From Candidatus Saccharimonadota bacterium (lineage in GTDB: Bacteria; Patescibacteriota; Gracilibacteria; UBA1369; 2-02-FULL-48-14), in the NCBI GenBank assembly GCA_965230905.1, contig OZ246396.1, positions 30,001 through 62,000 of the forward strand: 32,000 bases of DNA. Reading direction: 5' to 3'. Both the position numbers and the translations under genes were made by a program. Shown one piece after another: positions 1 to 8,711 of this stretch; position 1 is the stretch's first letter; every line of letters starts with the position of its first letter. The notes beneath the pieces were generated by a model that searched no databases, was not told the origin of the DNA, and worked only from the letters and a program-made list of their open reading frames with translations.

Positions 1-51
1 GGACGCGAAACGCCTGTGGAATTGGATTTTGATCAAGTTAAGAAGAAGTAG
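1..51 (+). CDS. nusG: 3' end of transcription factor NusG (partial, runs off window start)
   Basis: Frame 1 reads GRETPVELDFDQVKKK then TAG at 49-51. This matches the conserved NusG KOW C-terminus (E. coli ...FGRATPVELDFSQVEKA), and the position upstream of rplK is canonical. Confidence 0.6.
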   Translation, partial: GRETPVELDFDQVKKK

Positions 52-121
52 TAAGATTGGATGGCTTCGCCACTTTTTAATAGGCACTAAAGTGCCTGGC
101 CTCCGCTACGCTGCGGTCTGC

Positions 122-745
122 ATGCAGAAACTCACCCTTTTTTCGGTTCTGCTTTCTATCTCCGTGATCCTCATCGTGGGAGACATTGTCTTTCATGACT
201 ATTTAAACGAGTTCGAAGCCACAAGCCCCGTGGAGGAAACTTCTGAAGTCGCACCTTTAGATGAAGAGGCGCCTGTGGATCTTTCGGAAGAAACGGAGCC
301 CACTTTGATTGAGTCATCGCTGAGTGCGGCGCTGTTCACGCAGGCTGGGTTTGTGCAACCGGTGCTCAAAGACACTATTTTTTCCGGCTTGGTATTCCAG
401 TTCATTTCTTTTGCCGATCAGGAAGAGGCCACGGTCTACCAATGGAACGTTTTTGACGGCGAGCAGTACGTTGGCAGCGTGTATGAGATGAAGTACCCTA
501 CCGAAACCGGCAGTTTTCAGGGTTATTTGGCTCTGCGGGAGCGCGCCATGAGTCTTATGGACTTGGGAAGCGTGAACGAAGTGAACAATTATGGAAACGC
601 GTCTTTCTACTTCAATCACAAGACCAAAGTTAAGACTGTGCACGTGGTGGTTCGCAGTGGGAATGACATTTATGGCTTTGAGTACGCACAGACGAATCAT
701 GAAAAGATGAAAAATGTGTTTGACAGCCTAAGCCCCCTTCTGTAG
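122..745 (+). CDS. hypothetical membrane-anchored protein
   Basis: ORF 29-745, with the start moved to ATG 122. [20 protein letters not shown] is an N-terminal hydrophobic helix, followed by an acidic E/P-rich linker. No family recognised. Confidence 0.5.
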   Translation: MQKLTLFSVLLSISVILIVGDIVFHDYLNEFEATSPVEETSEVAPLDEEAPVDLSEETEPTLIESSLSAALFTQAGFVQPVLKDTIFSGLVFQFISFADQEEATVYQWNVFDGEQYVGSVYEMKYPTETGSFQGYLALRERAMSLMDLGSVNEVNNYGNASFYFNHKTKVKTVHVVVRSGNDIYGFEYAQTNHEKMKNVFDSLSPLL

Positions 746-767
746 AATCGCCGGGCATTTCAAATTT

Positions 768-1196
768 ATGGCACCAAAAAAGATTCAAGCCATCGTCAAG
801 TTGCAGATCAACGCCGGTAAGGCGAACCCTGCACCTCCCGTAGGAACCGCCCTAGGTCCTCACGGAGTTAATCTTCAGGATTTCTGTGGAAAATTCAACG
901 ACGCTACCCGCGCCCTTGGAGAAACCGTGATTCCTTGTGTGATTACGATTTACGAGGATCGCAGCTTCAGTTTCATTACTAAGCAGCCTCCTGCAGCGAT
1001 CTTGATCAAGAAAGCCATCAGTTTGGAAAAAGGTTCAGCCGTTCCTCACAAGGATAAGGTAGGAACCATCAACCGTGCTCAACTCGAAGAAATTGCTAAA
1101 ATTAAGATGGAAGACCTCAACGCAAACGATATTGAGGCAGCTATGAAGATCATGGCTGGAACGGCTCGAAGCATGGGAGTTAAGGTAGAGTGGTAA
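768..1196 (+). CDS. rplK: 50S ribosomal protein L11
   Basis: 142 aa. The N-terminus [35 protein letters not shown] is the L11 signature. Confidence 0.97.
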   Translation: MAPKKIQAIVKLQINAGKANPAPPVGTALGPHGVNLQDFCGKFNDATRALGETVIPCVITIYEDRSFSFITKQPPAAILIKKAISLEKGSAVPHKDKVGTINRAQLEEIAKIKMEDLNANDIEAAMKIMAGTARSMGVKVEW

Positions 1197-1240
1197 CACT
1201 CGCCAAAGGCGAGCGCCCCTGTTTGTCTTAAATTTCAATA

Positions 1241-1280
1241 CGTGGGAGGTCTCGCCTAGCGCGGACCGTTTGAACCACAT
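1241..1280 (+). promoter_or_regulatory. candidate L1-binding autoregulatory leader (mimic of the 23S rRNA L1 stalk)
   Basis: The rplK-rplA spacer contains GUGGGAGGUCUCGCCUAGCGCGGACCGUUUGAACCAC. A bulged 7-bp hairpin (1248-1255 with 1261-1267) is preceded by GGGA. As I recall it, the string resembles the E. coli L1-stalk sequence GGUGGGAGGCU...GACCUUGAAAUACCAC. Confidence 0.45.
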
Positions 1281-1292
1281 AACCCTCTTTGT

Positions 1293-1991
1293 ATGAAACA
1301 CGGAAAAAAGTACCGCGATGCACTCGCGAAGGTAGACGCCAACAAGCGTTATTCTTTGGCTGAGGCCGCACAACTCGTTAAGGACACCTCTACTACTAAG
1401 TTCGATGGGTCTGTTGAGATCCACTTGAACCTGGGAATCGACATCACTCAAGCGGAACAACAACTCCGTTCAACAGTGAGCCTTCCGCATGGAACTGGTA
1501 AAACGGTTCGTGTGATCGCCATTGTGAGCGAAGACAAAGTGAAGGAAGCGAAAGCAGCCGGAGCTATGGAAGCCGGAGCGGATGAACTCATTGAAAAGAT
1601 TGAAAAAGGATGGCTCGACTTCGACATCGCGGTCGCCACTCCTGATATGATGAAGAACTTGGCTAAGGTTGCTCGTCAACTTGGTCAGGCCGGACTCATG
1701 CCCAACCCTAAATCTGGAACCGTTACGCCCGATATCGTGGCTAAAATTGGTGAAGTGATGAAAGGACAGGTTGAATTCCGTAACGATAAGCTCGGAAATT
1801 TGCACAACGTGGTAGGGAAAACTTCCTTCAGCGCTAAGCAAATTGAAGAAAATGCGGCAACTTACCTCAAGGCCGTGAATGAAAAACGTCCTGGAGCCAT
1901 TAAAGGTAACTTCATCAACTCAATTACCCTGGTTTCAACCATGGGACCTGGAATCAAAGTAACTGTGAACGAAACCCTCACCGCTCTGTAA
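1293..1991 (+). CDS. rplA: 50S ribosomal protein L1
   Basis: 232 aa. MKHGKKYRDALAKVD...FDGSVEIHLNLGID...LPHGTGK is typical of L1. Confidence 0.97.
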   Translation: MKHGKKYRDALAKVDANKRYSLAEAAQLVKDTSTTKFDGSVEIHLNLGIDITQAEQQLRSTVSLPHGTGKTVRVIAIVSEDKVKEAKAAGAMEAGADELIEKIEKGWLDFDIAVATPDMMKNLAKVARQLGQAGLMPNPKSGTVTPDIVAKIGEVMKGQVEFRNDKLGNLHNVVGKTSFSAKQIEENAATYLKAVNEKRPGAIKGNFINSITLVSTMGPGIKVTVNETLTAL

Positions 1992-2041
1992 AGAGAGGGT
2001 CGCAGACCCTCCGTGTCCCCCCTTACCGTACTTCCCTTGAG

Positions 2042-2073
2042 AGCCCTGCAGCAATGCGGGGCTTTTATTTTTT
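2042..2073 (+). terminator. rho-independent terminator after rplA
   Basis: 9-bp stem agccctgca/tgcggggct (one G.U pair) with loop gcaa, followed by ttttatttttt. Confidence 0.6.
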
Positions 2074-2655
2074 CGCGCGTTCGATCCTAAGGTCCAAGCT
2101 ATTGAGACTCAGTCCTACGTCAAAGTTTTCCAGGTCACACCCTCCCTGAACATAAACATCCAGGCGATCCAGTCCCTCTTGTTTATCATTACACATCGTA
2201 TGTATTGCACAAAATAGCTCTCCATCGTCGTGCGTGTACACATACAAGCCCGCAACACATTCATTATCCTCAAAAGTAAAATGGCTGTGGGGCCCTGGAG
2301 CTGCTAGCATATTCTTAGAATCATGGACCTCTCCATCTCCCCAATGGAAATCTGGACAAAAGGCAAAGGACTCCACCGCCTTTACAGCACCCCATCCCTG
2401 GGCTTTACCTAGATACACATTGAGTTTGCGAGTCAGCTCTTCGCCTAATTGATCACAAGAGGTATTGAGATTGTATCCAACTCCATCTCGCTCAAAAACA
2501 CAGCGCGTCTCATAGCGGATTCGTTCTGTCTGCTCTTCCACAGCTCTTTTAGCAAGCCCTTCAGATTCCTCCTGACAGTTCTTTAGGATAGCTGCACTGG
2601 CTATGGAGGTGCCTAAAATCCACTTGATCCCTACGCTTTGAAGATTTGAATTCAT
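2065..2655 (-). CDS. hypothetical Cys-rich secreted or membrane-anchored protein
   Basis: ORF 2065-2676, with the start moved to ATG 2655 (MNSNLQSVGIKWILGTSIASAAIL, a signal or anchor). About 10 Cys. No family recognised. Confidence 0.5.
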   Translation of the reverse strand: MNSNLQSVGIKWILGTSIASAAILKNCQEESEGLAKRAVEEQTERIRYETRCVFERDGVGYNLNTSCDQLGEELTRKLNVYLGKAQGWGAVKAVESFAFCPDFHWGDGEVHDSKNMLAAPGPHSHFTFEDNECVAGLYVYTHDDGELFCAIHTMCNDKQEGLDRLDVYVQGGCDLENFDVGLSLNSLDLRIERAKK

Positions 2656-2749
2656 GTGATTACCTGGATTATACAACTTTTAGAGTTTCCATCAAGTACT
2701 TCGGGGAGCTTACGTGTGTTTTTGCCATTCTTTTAGCTAAGATGCGCTT

Positions 2750-3190
2750 ATGCACGTTCGCATCCAAAGAATCGACAAGAGCCTGCCCCTGCCCGTTTAT
2801 GAAACGGCGGGAAGCGTGGGGTTTGATCTGGTGGCGAGGGAAACGGTCACCATTGAAGCGGGTAAAATTGAGCTGATCCCAGGGAATGTGATTGTAGAGG
2901 TGCCAGCGGGCTACATGCTGGCGGTGGCTTCGCGTAGCAGCACGCCAAAAAAGAAGGGGCTCACTCCCCCGCACGGCTTTGGCATCATTGACCACGATTA
3001 CTGCGGGCCCACCGATGAGATTAAAATTCAGGTTTATAACTTTTCGGAAGCGCCCGTGACCATTGAACGCGGCGAAAAAATTGCCCAAGGTGTGTTTGTG
3101 CGAGTGGACAAGTTCGAGTGGCAGGAAGTGGAGAGCATTCGCGAAGAAAGTCGGGGCGGGTTTGGGAGCACGGATACTAACGGCGCGTAA
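2750..3190 (+). CDS. dut: dUTP diphosphatase (dUTPase/dCTP deaminase superfamily)
   Basis: 146 aa. YETAGSVGFDL, GIIDHDYCG, the IAQGVF core and the C-terminal RGGFGSTD motif are present. Confidence 0.85.
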   Translation: MHVRIQRIDKSLPLPVYETAGSVGFDLVARETVTIEAGKIELIPGNVIVEVPAGYMLAVASRSSTPKKKGLTPPHGFGIIDHDYCGPTDEIKIQVYNFSEAPVTIERGEKIAQGVFVRVDKFEWQEVESIREESRGGFGSTDTNGA

Positions 3191-3911
3191 TCACGTCTTT
3201 AATCCAGATAGTATCTTCCCGTTGATTGAGATTGGTCTCTGGAGTGATTTTTTTGAAATGTGGCACATATTTTCCCAAAAGCAGCGCTTGTTTTATTTTA
3301 GCTGACTTTGGAGCCTGATGTGGGTGGCTATAAGCATTCGGCTCAGCCGCCCTTAGCACTGCTGATTGATGTGCCTCGAGAATCCTTCTTTCTTCCGCAG
3401 GGTTAATGCCCTGGTAAAAAAGCTCTTGAGCAATAGCCGTGGCTAAAAAAATTGAGTGATCTACATCTTCCATTCCATTATCCAAATATTGCACCGCAGC
3501 TCTTGAGATGGCTGGCCTTAAATGGGGATATCGCGTTAACTCCAACAAACCAGCGTTATAAGCTTCGGGAAAGCTATCTGGATGAAGTATCGCCGTATCA
3601 GGACGCGACCCACGGGCACAAATAAAGCGTGGACGGTTATCACGATGCAGTATATGAACACCTTTGTGGTCTACCACCCCCTCCTCTACTCTATTTTTAA
3701 GAGGCATGATCTTAGGCTCATACTCACCCTCATCTCCTAAAATAATATCCAAGACTAAAAAGTGTCTTTTTGCCAAGAGCGCCACAACGGGCTGAGGCAA
3801 TTGATCCGCTAATTCATTCATTTCATGTACAGTAATGGCCAGTGGCATCACCGATCCTAGTTCAGCGCTACTTTGCCTTGCTACATCACATTGTCCTGAC
3901 CAGAATCCCAT
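3177..3911 (-). CDS. hypothetical protein
   Basis: Uninterrupted 244-aa ORF with no competing ORF. It overlaps the dut end convergently by 14 nt. No family recognised. Confidence 0.5.
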   Translation of the reverse strand: MGFWSGQCDVARQSSAELGSVMPLAITVHEMNELADQLPQPVVALLAKRHFLVLDIILGDEGEYEPKIMPLKNRVEEGVVDHKGVHILHRDNRPRFICARGSRPDTAILHPDSFPEAYNAGLLELTRYPHLRPAISRAAVQYLDNGMEDVDHSIFLATAIAQELFYQGINPAEERRILEAHQSAVLRAAEPNAYSHPHQAPKSAKIKQALLLGKYVPHFKKITPETNLNQREDTIWIKDVITRR

Positions 3912-3994
3912 ATATAAATATAGATAGAAGCATATCCCAAGATATTTAAGTATGCAATCTTGTGGAAGCGAGTAAAAGACTTTACACTTGTGGC

Positions 3995-4588
3995 ATGTTC
4001 ATTACTCTGTACGGAATCAATAATATTGGGAAAAGCACACAGGCCAAGCGGCTGGTGGACCGGCTCAAGGCGGAGGGGCGAGATGCGGTGTACGTGAAAT
4101 TTCCAGTTTATGATGTGGAGCCCACGGGGCGCTATTTGAATGAATTTTTACGGAGCGGCGGAGCGCAGAGCATCACGGAGCAAGAATTGCAGATGTGGTT
4201 CACTTTGAATCGTTATCAATTTCAGCCCACGCTGCAGGAATGGCTGGCGGAGGGGAAAATTGTGGTGGCCGAGGATTACACGGGAACCGGGCTCGCCTGG
4301 GGAACGGTGAAAGGCGCGTCGACCGAGTGGCTCGAAACCTTGAACGATGGACTGGTTAAGGAGGATTTGGCGATTTTGTTGGATGGGGAGCGCTTTGGGC
4401 ATGCAGCCGAAAAAGAGCATATTCACGAAAGCAACGATGCGTTCATGAACCGGTCACGGCAGGTTCATTTGGAACTTGGGGAGCGGTACGGCTGGGTGAA
4501 AGTGCCCGTGCTTGGAAATGCAGAGGAAGTGGAGGAAAGAGTGTGGTCGGTGGTTTCCAGTTCTTTTCCGTTGCAAGCTAGGAGCTGA
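3995..4588 (+). CDS. tmk: thymidylate (dTMP) kinase-like P-loop kinase
   Basis: Start moved to ATG 3995. MFITLYGINNIGKST contains the P-loop GxxxxGKS. Length and layout fit Tmk-type kinases, and dut lies nearby. Confidence 0.7.
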   Translation: MFITLYGINNIGKSTQAKRLVDRLKAEGRDAVYVKFPVYDVEPTGRYLNEFLRSGGAQSITEQELQMWFTLNRYQFQPTLQEWLAEGKIVVAEDYTGTGLAWGTVKGASTEWLETLNDGLVKEDLAILLDGERFGHAAEKEHIHESNDAFMNRSRQVHLELGERYGWVKVPVLGNAEEVEERVWSVVSSSFPLQARS

Positions 4589-4932
4589 GCCTGGAGGTAC
4601 TCGTCTAAAAGTTTTTCGTGAAAAGCTCTTAAGCTTGCTAAGAAGATCTCCACTTCTGGATCTTTTAAATGGCAGGTTCCATCTAAAAAAGCTCCAGTGT
4701 TGTTTATCGTGGGCTGGAGGAGAGGCTGGACCGGGGTCGAGACTTTCATGACTTCCTTAAGTTCTTCATGAGTTTCTTCCTGAGTGACAAGTAATTCGCT
4801 AGGTACAGGTACAGGCACAGGTTCTGGTTCGGGAGCACTGTGATTTTCATCATAAGCATTTTTCGCCAAGACAAACGCTCCAACAAAACCAAGAGCCATT
4901 AGTTTTAACTGCACTGCTGATCCATTTTCCAT
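4465..4932 (-). CDS. hypothetical single-pass membrane protein with a PEPEPVPVPVP linker
   Basis: ORF 4465-4959, with ATG 4932 as the likely start. LKLMALGFVGAFVLA is a TM helix. No other ORF explains 4589-4930. The 3' 124 nt overlap tmk. Confidence 0.45.
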   Translation of the reverse strand: MENGSAVQLKLMALGFVGAFVLAKNAYDENHSAPEPEPVPVPVPSELLVTQEETHEELKEVMKVSTPVQPLLQPTINNTGAFLDGTCHLKDPEVEIFLASLRAFHEKLLDEYLQAQLLACNGKELETTDHTLSSTSSAFPSTGTFTQPYRSPSSK

Positions 4933-4942
4933 GCTTCGATTG

Positions 4943-4971
4943 TTGATTAGTGGTCGCATACAGCTTAGAAT
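4943..4971 (+). promoter_or_regulatory. candidate sigma70-type promoter for folD-purF-purD
   Basis: TTGATT (4943-4948), a 17-nt spacer, then TAGAAT (4966-4971), 22 nt upstream of the folD ATG. Confidence 0.35.
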
Positions 4972-4993
4972 AGAGCCCTCTTATAAAAAATCA

Positions 4994-5851
4994 ATGGCTC
5001 AAGTGCTCGATGGACGCGTGGTTTCTGACTCTCTGCTCGCTGAGGTGAGCGCTGAAATTGAGATGCTAAAAGCGAAAGGGATTGAGCCAAAATTGGTGGT
5101 GATTGTGGTGGGAGACGATCCGGCTAGTCAGGTTTACGTGGGTAAAAAAGAAGAAGCGTGTAAAAAAGTAGGCATGCTCAGCGAACGAGTGGTCCTGCCA
5201 GCTACGGCGACGCAGGGTCAGCTTTTGGAGAAAATCGAGGAATTGAATAAAGATGCTTCAGTAACGGGGATGATTGTGCAACTCCCCCTCCCTGATGGGA
5301 TGGAGGCGCCGGTGGTGATTAAAGCGATTGATCCGTACAAAGACGTGGATGGATTCCATGCCTACAACGTGGGGAAAATGTTTTTGAGCAAAGATTTTGA
5401 GGATTTGGCGCCGTGCACACCCAAGGGAATCACTAAGATTTTGGACTTTTATAAGATTGATGTGAAGGGCATGGACTGCGTGGTGATTGGCCGCAGCAAC
5501 ATTGTGGGCAAACCCATGACGGCGATGCTTCTCAACCGAGATGCCACCGTGACCTGCTGCCACAGCCGAACAAAAAACTTACTCAAGTATACGAGGGAGG
5601 CGGATTTGGTGGTGGTGGCCGTTGGTAAGGCGAGATTTTTGACAGCGGATATGGTTAAAGAGGGTGCGATTGTGATTGATGTGGGAATGCACCGCGGTGA
5701 GGATGGAAAACTCTGCGGAGATGCGGATTTGGAAGGTATGAAGGAAAAAGTTTCGGCGTACACTCCCGTGCCTGGCGGCGTGGGGCCCATGACCGTGGCC
5801 TGCCTTCTGATGAACACCGTGACAGCGGCGAAGAAACAAGCTAAACTCTAA
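4994..5851 (+). CDS. folD: bifunctional methylenetetrahydrofolate dehydrogenase/cyclohydrolase
   Basis: Start moved to ATG 4994 (MAQVLDGR...). VGDDPASQVYVGKK, VQLPLP, CTPKG, GRSNIVGKP and PVPGGVGPMT are FolD hallmarks. Confidence 0.95.
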   Translation: MAQVLDGRVVSDSLLAEVSAEIEMLKAKGIEPKLVVIVVGDDPASQVYVGKKEEACKKVGMLSERVVLPATATQGQLLEKIEELNKDASVTGMIVQLPLPDGMEAPVVIKAIDPYKDVDGFHAYNVGKMFLSKDFEDLAPCTPKGITKILDFYKIDVKGMDCVVIGRSNIVGKPMTAMLLNRDATVTCCHSRTKNLLKYTREADLVVVAVGKARFLTADMVKEGAIVIDVGMHRGEDGKLCGDADLEGMKEKVSAYTPVPGGVGPMTVACLLMNTVTAAKKQAKL

Positions 5852-5871
5852 TCTCTTTTCCCTCGGAAAAT

Positions 5872-7389
5872 ATGTGCGGAATCATCGGTATTCACTCCAA
5901 CTCCCCCGTCGCGCAAGAACTGTATGACGGACTCATGATGCTTCAACATCGTGGACAGGATGCGGCTGGAATGGCGACTTGTGAAGGAGAGCACATGCAC
6001 ATTAAAAAAGGCGATGGACTAGCGAGCGATGTATTTAAGGTAGAAGATTTGGAGAGGCTGAGTGGACGAACGGGAATGGCGCACGTGCGTTACCCCACCG
6101 CCGGAACTTATAGCAGCGCCGAGGCGCATCCTTTTTATGTAAACTCCCCTTTTGGGATCGCCCTGATTCACAATGGAAATTTGACGAATACGGCGGCGCT
6201 GCGCAAGGAAGTTATCGAACAAAATCATCGGCACCTCAATACAAGTTCCGACTCGGAAGTGCTGCTCAATGTACTTGCACATGAAATTGGCGAACTCGAA
6301 ACCCGCACTTTGACACCGGAAGATATTTTTAAGGCGATGGAGCAAGTTTATAAACGAGTGAAGGGTGCCTATGCCGTTATTGCACTCATTTCTGGACATG
6401 GGCTTTTGGCTTTTCGTGACCCGAACGCTATTCGGCCACTGATTATGGGAACACGACATGATGACCTCTACACGGATACTATTTTTGCGTCCGAGAGCGT
6501 GGCACTAGATGTGCTGGGCTATGACATAGTGCGTGATGTGAAGCCGGGTGAAGTGGTTTTTGTGGACATGCAAGGTCAGGTGCACAACAAGATTTGTGCC
6601 GAGAAACCTGTGTACACGCCGTGTATTTTTGAATACGTGTATTTTGCCCGTCCTGATTCTTTGATCGACGATATTTCCGTATACAAAACTCGTCTGCGCA
6701 TGGGAGAAAAACTCGCCAAGAAAATCAAAGCCGCGAACTTGGAAATTGATGTGGTGATGCCGGTGCCCAGCACATCGCGTCACTCCGCCGTTCCACTGGC
6801 GTATGAGCTTGGCGTGAAATACCGAGAGGGACTGGTGAAGAACCGTTATGTAGGGCGCACCTTTATTATGCCTGGGCAAGCTAAGCGACAAACCTCTATT
6901 CGACGGAAATTGAATCCGATTAAACTCGAAATTGAGGGGAAGAACGTGCTACTCGTGGATGACTCAATTGTGCGTGGGAACACTTCGCGCAAGATTGTTG
7001 AAATGGTGAGACAAATGGGCGCAAAGAAAGTTTACTTCGCTTCTTGTGCGGCTCCCCTTCGTCACCCTTGTGTGTATGGAATCGACATGCCCTCGCGCAA
7101 AGAGTTTGTGGCAAACAATTTAACCGTGGAAGAAACGGCTCGATCGCTGGGTGCGGATGGACTTTTCTACCAAGATCTCGATGATTTAGCGGAAGCCGTG
7201 CGTGAAGGGAATCCTGACATTGAACGTTTTTGTATGGCTTGTTTTGACGGCAAATACCCCACGGCTGATGTGACGGAAGAAGTTTTGCTTGCCGCAGAAG
7301 AAAGCCGCAGCGACGTTTACAAGGAAATTCGTAAGAAGGCAGAGCACGAAGAAGACGAGCAACAGCAGAACCAAATCCCCCTTATTTAA
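5872..7389 (+). CDS. purF: amidophosphoribosyltransferase
   Basis: The MCGIIG N-terminal nucleophile, RGQDAAG, and the PRTase motif VLLVDDSIVRGNTS are present. Confidence 0.95.
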   Translation: MCGIIGIHSNSPVAQELYDGLMMLQHRGQDAAGMATCEGEHMHIKKGDGLASDVFKVEDLERLSGRTGMAHVRYPTAGTYSSAEAHPFYVNSPFGIALIHNGNLTNTAALRKEVIEQNHRHLNTSSDSEVLLNVLAHEIGELETRTLTPEDIFKAMEQVYKRVKGAYAVIALISGHGLLAFRDPNAIRPLIMGTRHDDLYTDTIFASESVALDVLGYDIVRDVKPGEVVFVDMQGQVHNKICAEKPVYTPCIFEYVYFARPDSLIDDISVYKTRLRMGEKLAKKIKAANLEIDVVMPVPSTSRHSAVPLAYELGVKYREGLVKNRYVGRTFIMPGQAKRQTSIRRKLNPIKLEIEGKNVLLVDDSIVRGNTSRKIVEMVRQMGAKKVYFASCAAPLRHPCVYGIDMPSRKEFVANNLTVEETARSLGADGLFYQDLDDLAEAVREGNPDIERFCMACFDGKYPTADVTEEVLLAAEESRSDVYKEIRKKAEHEEDEQQQNQIPLI

Positions 7390-8708
7390 TGAAACGAATT
7401 TTGCTCATCGGCAACGGCGCACGCGAACACGTGATCGCCGAGACTTTGAAGCGCAGCCCGCAAGGCTGCATACTGGGCGTGTTTGCCAGTGCGGTGAATC
7501 CAGGCATTAAACCTATGGCGGCTTCGTATCACGTAACGGATTCGCTCTTGAATTTTGAGGCGCTGAAAACGTTTGCGAGCGAATTTAAACCTGACTTTGC
7601 TTTCATTGGACCGGACGACCCGCTCGGGGCCGGCGCCGCAGATGCTTTATTGGAAGTGGGCGTTGCGAGCGTGGGACCTTTGAAAGTTTTGGCGCAACTC
7701 GAAAGTTCAAAGGCATTCACGCGCGATTTGGTAAAAAAATATGGCATCGCAGGGAATCCACAGTTCCGCGTGTTCACTTCGGAAGAAGGCCTGCGTGAAT
7801 ACATGGAAGAACTCGGCGAATATGTGGTGAAAGCAGACGGGCTCATGGGCGGAAAGGGCGTACAGGTTTCTGGGGAACATTTGAAAACGTACGAAGAAGG
7901 CGTGGCCTTTGCAAAAGAGGGCATCGCGAAATTTGGCCGAGTGGTGGTGGAAGAAAAATTTGTAGGTGAGGAGTTTTCTCTCATGAGTTTTGTGGATGGC
8001 ACTCATGTGGTGGAAATGCCTGCAGTGCAGGATCACAAGCGCGCGTTTGAAGGCGACACCGGACCCAACACAGGCGGTATGGGAACTTACAGCGATGCGA
8101 ATGGCTCACTTCCCTTTTTGCAGGCGAGCGATATTGCTGCGGCACATGAGATCACGGTAGCCGTTGCGAAAGCTTTGCTGGAAGAAACTGGCAAACCCTA
8201 CAAAGGAATAATGTACGGCGGCTTCATTGCCACAAAGAACGGTGTGAAGCTGATTGAATACAACGCACGTTTTGGTGACCCTGAGGCAATGAACGTATTG
8301 CCACTTCTAAAGACGGATTTTGTTGCCGTGTGTGAAGCGATTATTGCCGGCACGCTCGACCAAGTGCCTGTGGAATTCGAACAAAAAGCTACCGTGGTGA
8401 AATACGTGGTGCCGGAAGGTTACCCTACTGAGCCGCGCAAGGGTGAAAAGATTGAAGTCGGTGCCGTGCCAACTGGAGTGCGAGCTTATTATGCCTCTGT
8501 GAATCAAAAAGAGGATGGCCTGTACCTGTCTGGTTCACGAGCGGTGGCGTTTGTGGGAATTGGTGAAAGTTTGGCGGAGGCCGAGGCGGCTGCGCAAAGT
8601 GGCGTGAGCCTTGTGACGGGGCCAGTGTTTTACCGCAAAGATATTGGAACCGAGGAGCTCATTCAAAAACGAGTGGAGCATATGAAAACGCTGAGAGACA
8701 CTTTATAA
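7389..8708 (+). CDS. purD: phosphoribosylamine-glycine ligase
   Basis: MKRILLIGNGAREH, the ATP-grasp core, and EYNARFGDPE are present. The start overlaps the purF stop (TAATG). Confidence 0.95.
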   Translation: MKRILLIGNGAREHVIAETLKRSPQGCILGVFASAVNPGIKPMAASYHVTDSLLNFEALKTFASEFKPDFAFIGPDDPLGAGAADALLEVGVASVGPLKVLAQLESSKAFTRDLVKKYGIAGNPQFRVFTSEEGLREYMEELGEYVVKADGLMGGKGVQVSGEHLKTYEEGVAFAKEGIAKFGRVVVEEKFVGEEFSLMSFVDGTHVVEMPAVQDHKRAFEGDTGPNTGGMGTYSDANGSLPFLQASDIAAAHEITVAVAKALLEETGKPYKGIMYGGFIATKNGVKLIEYNARFGDPEAMNVLPLLKTDFVAVCEAIIAGTLDQVPVEFEQKATVVKYVVPEGYPTEPRKGEKIEVGAVPTGVRAYYASVNQKEDGLYLSGSRAVAFVGIGESLAEAEAAAQSGVSLVTGPVFYRKDIGTEELIQKRVEHMKTLRDTL

Positions 8709-8711
8709 GTA

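Noticed and set aside
4795-4830. Short tandem DNA periodicity (ggtacaggtacaggcacaggttctggttc).
   Set aside because: It is explained by the coding PEPEPVPVPVP linker of the minus-strand ORF and is not an independent repeat element.
4933-4993. A ZTP (pfl), purine or THF riboswitch upstream of folD-purF-purD.
   Set aside because: The intergenic region is only 61 nt and mostly occupied by the promoter. The leader is too short for any of these aptamers.
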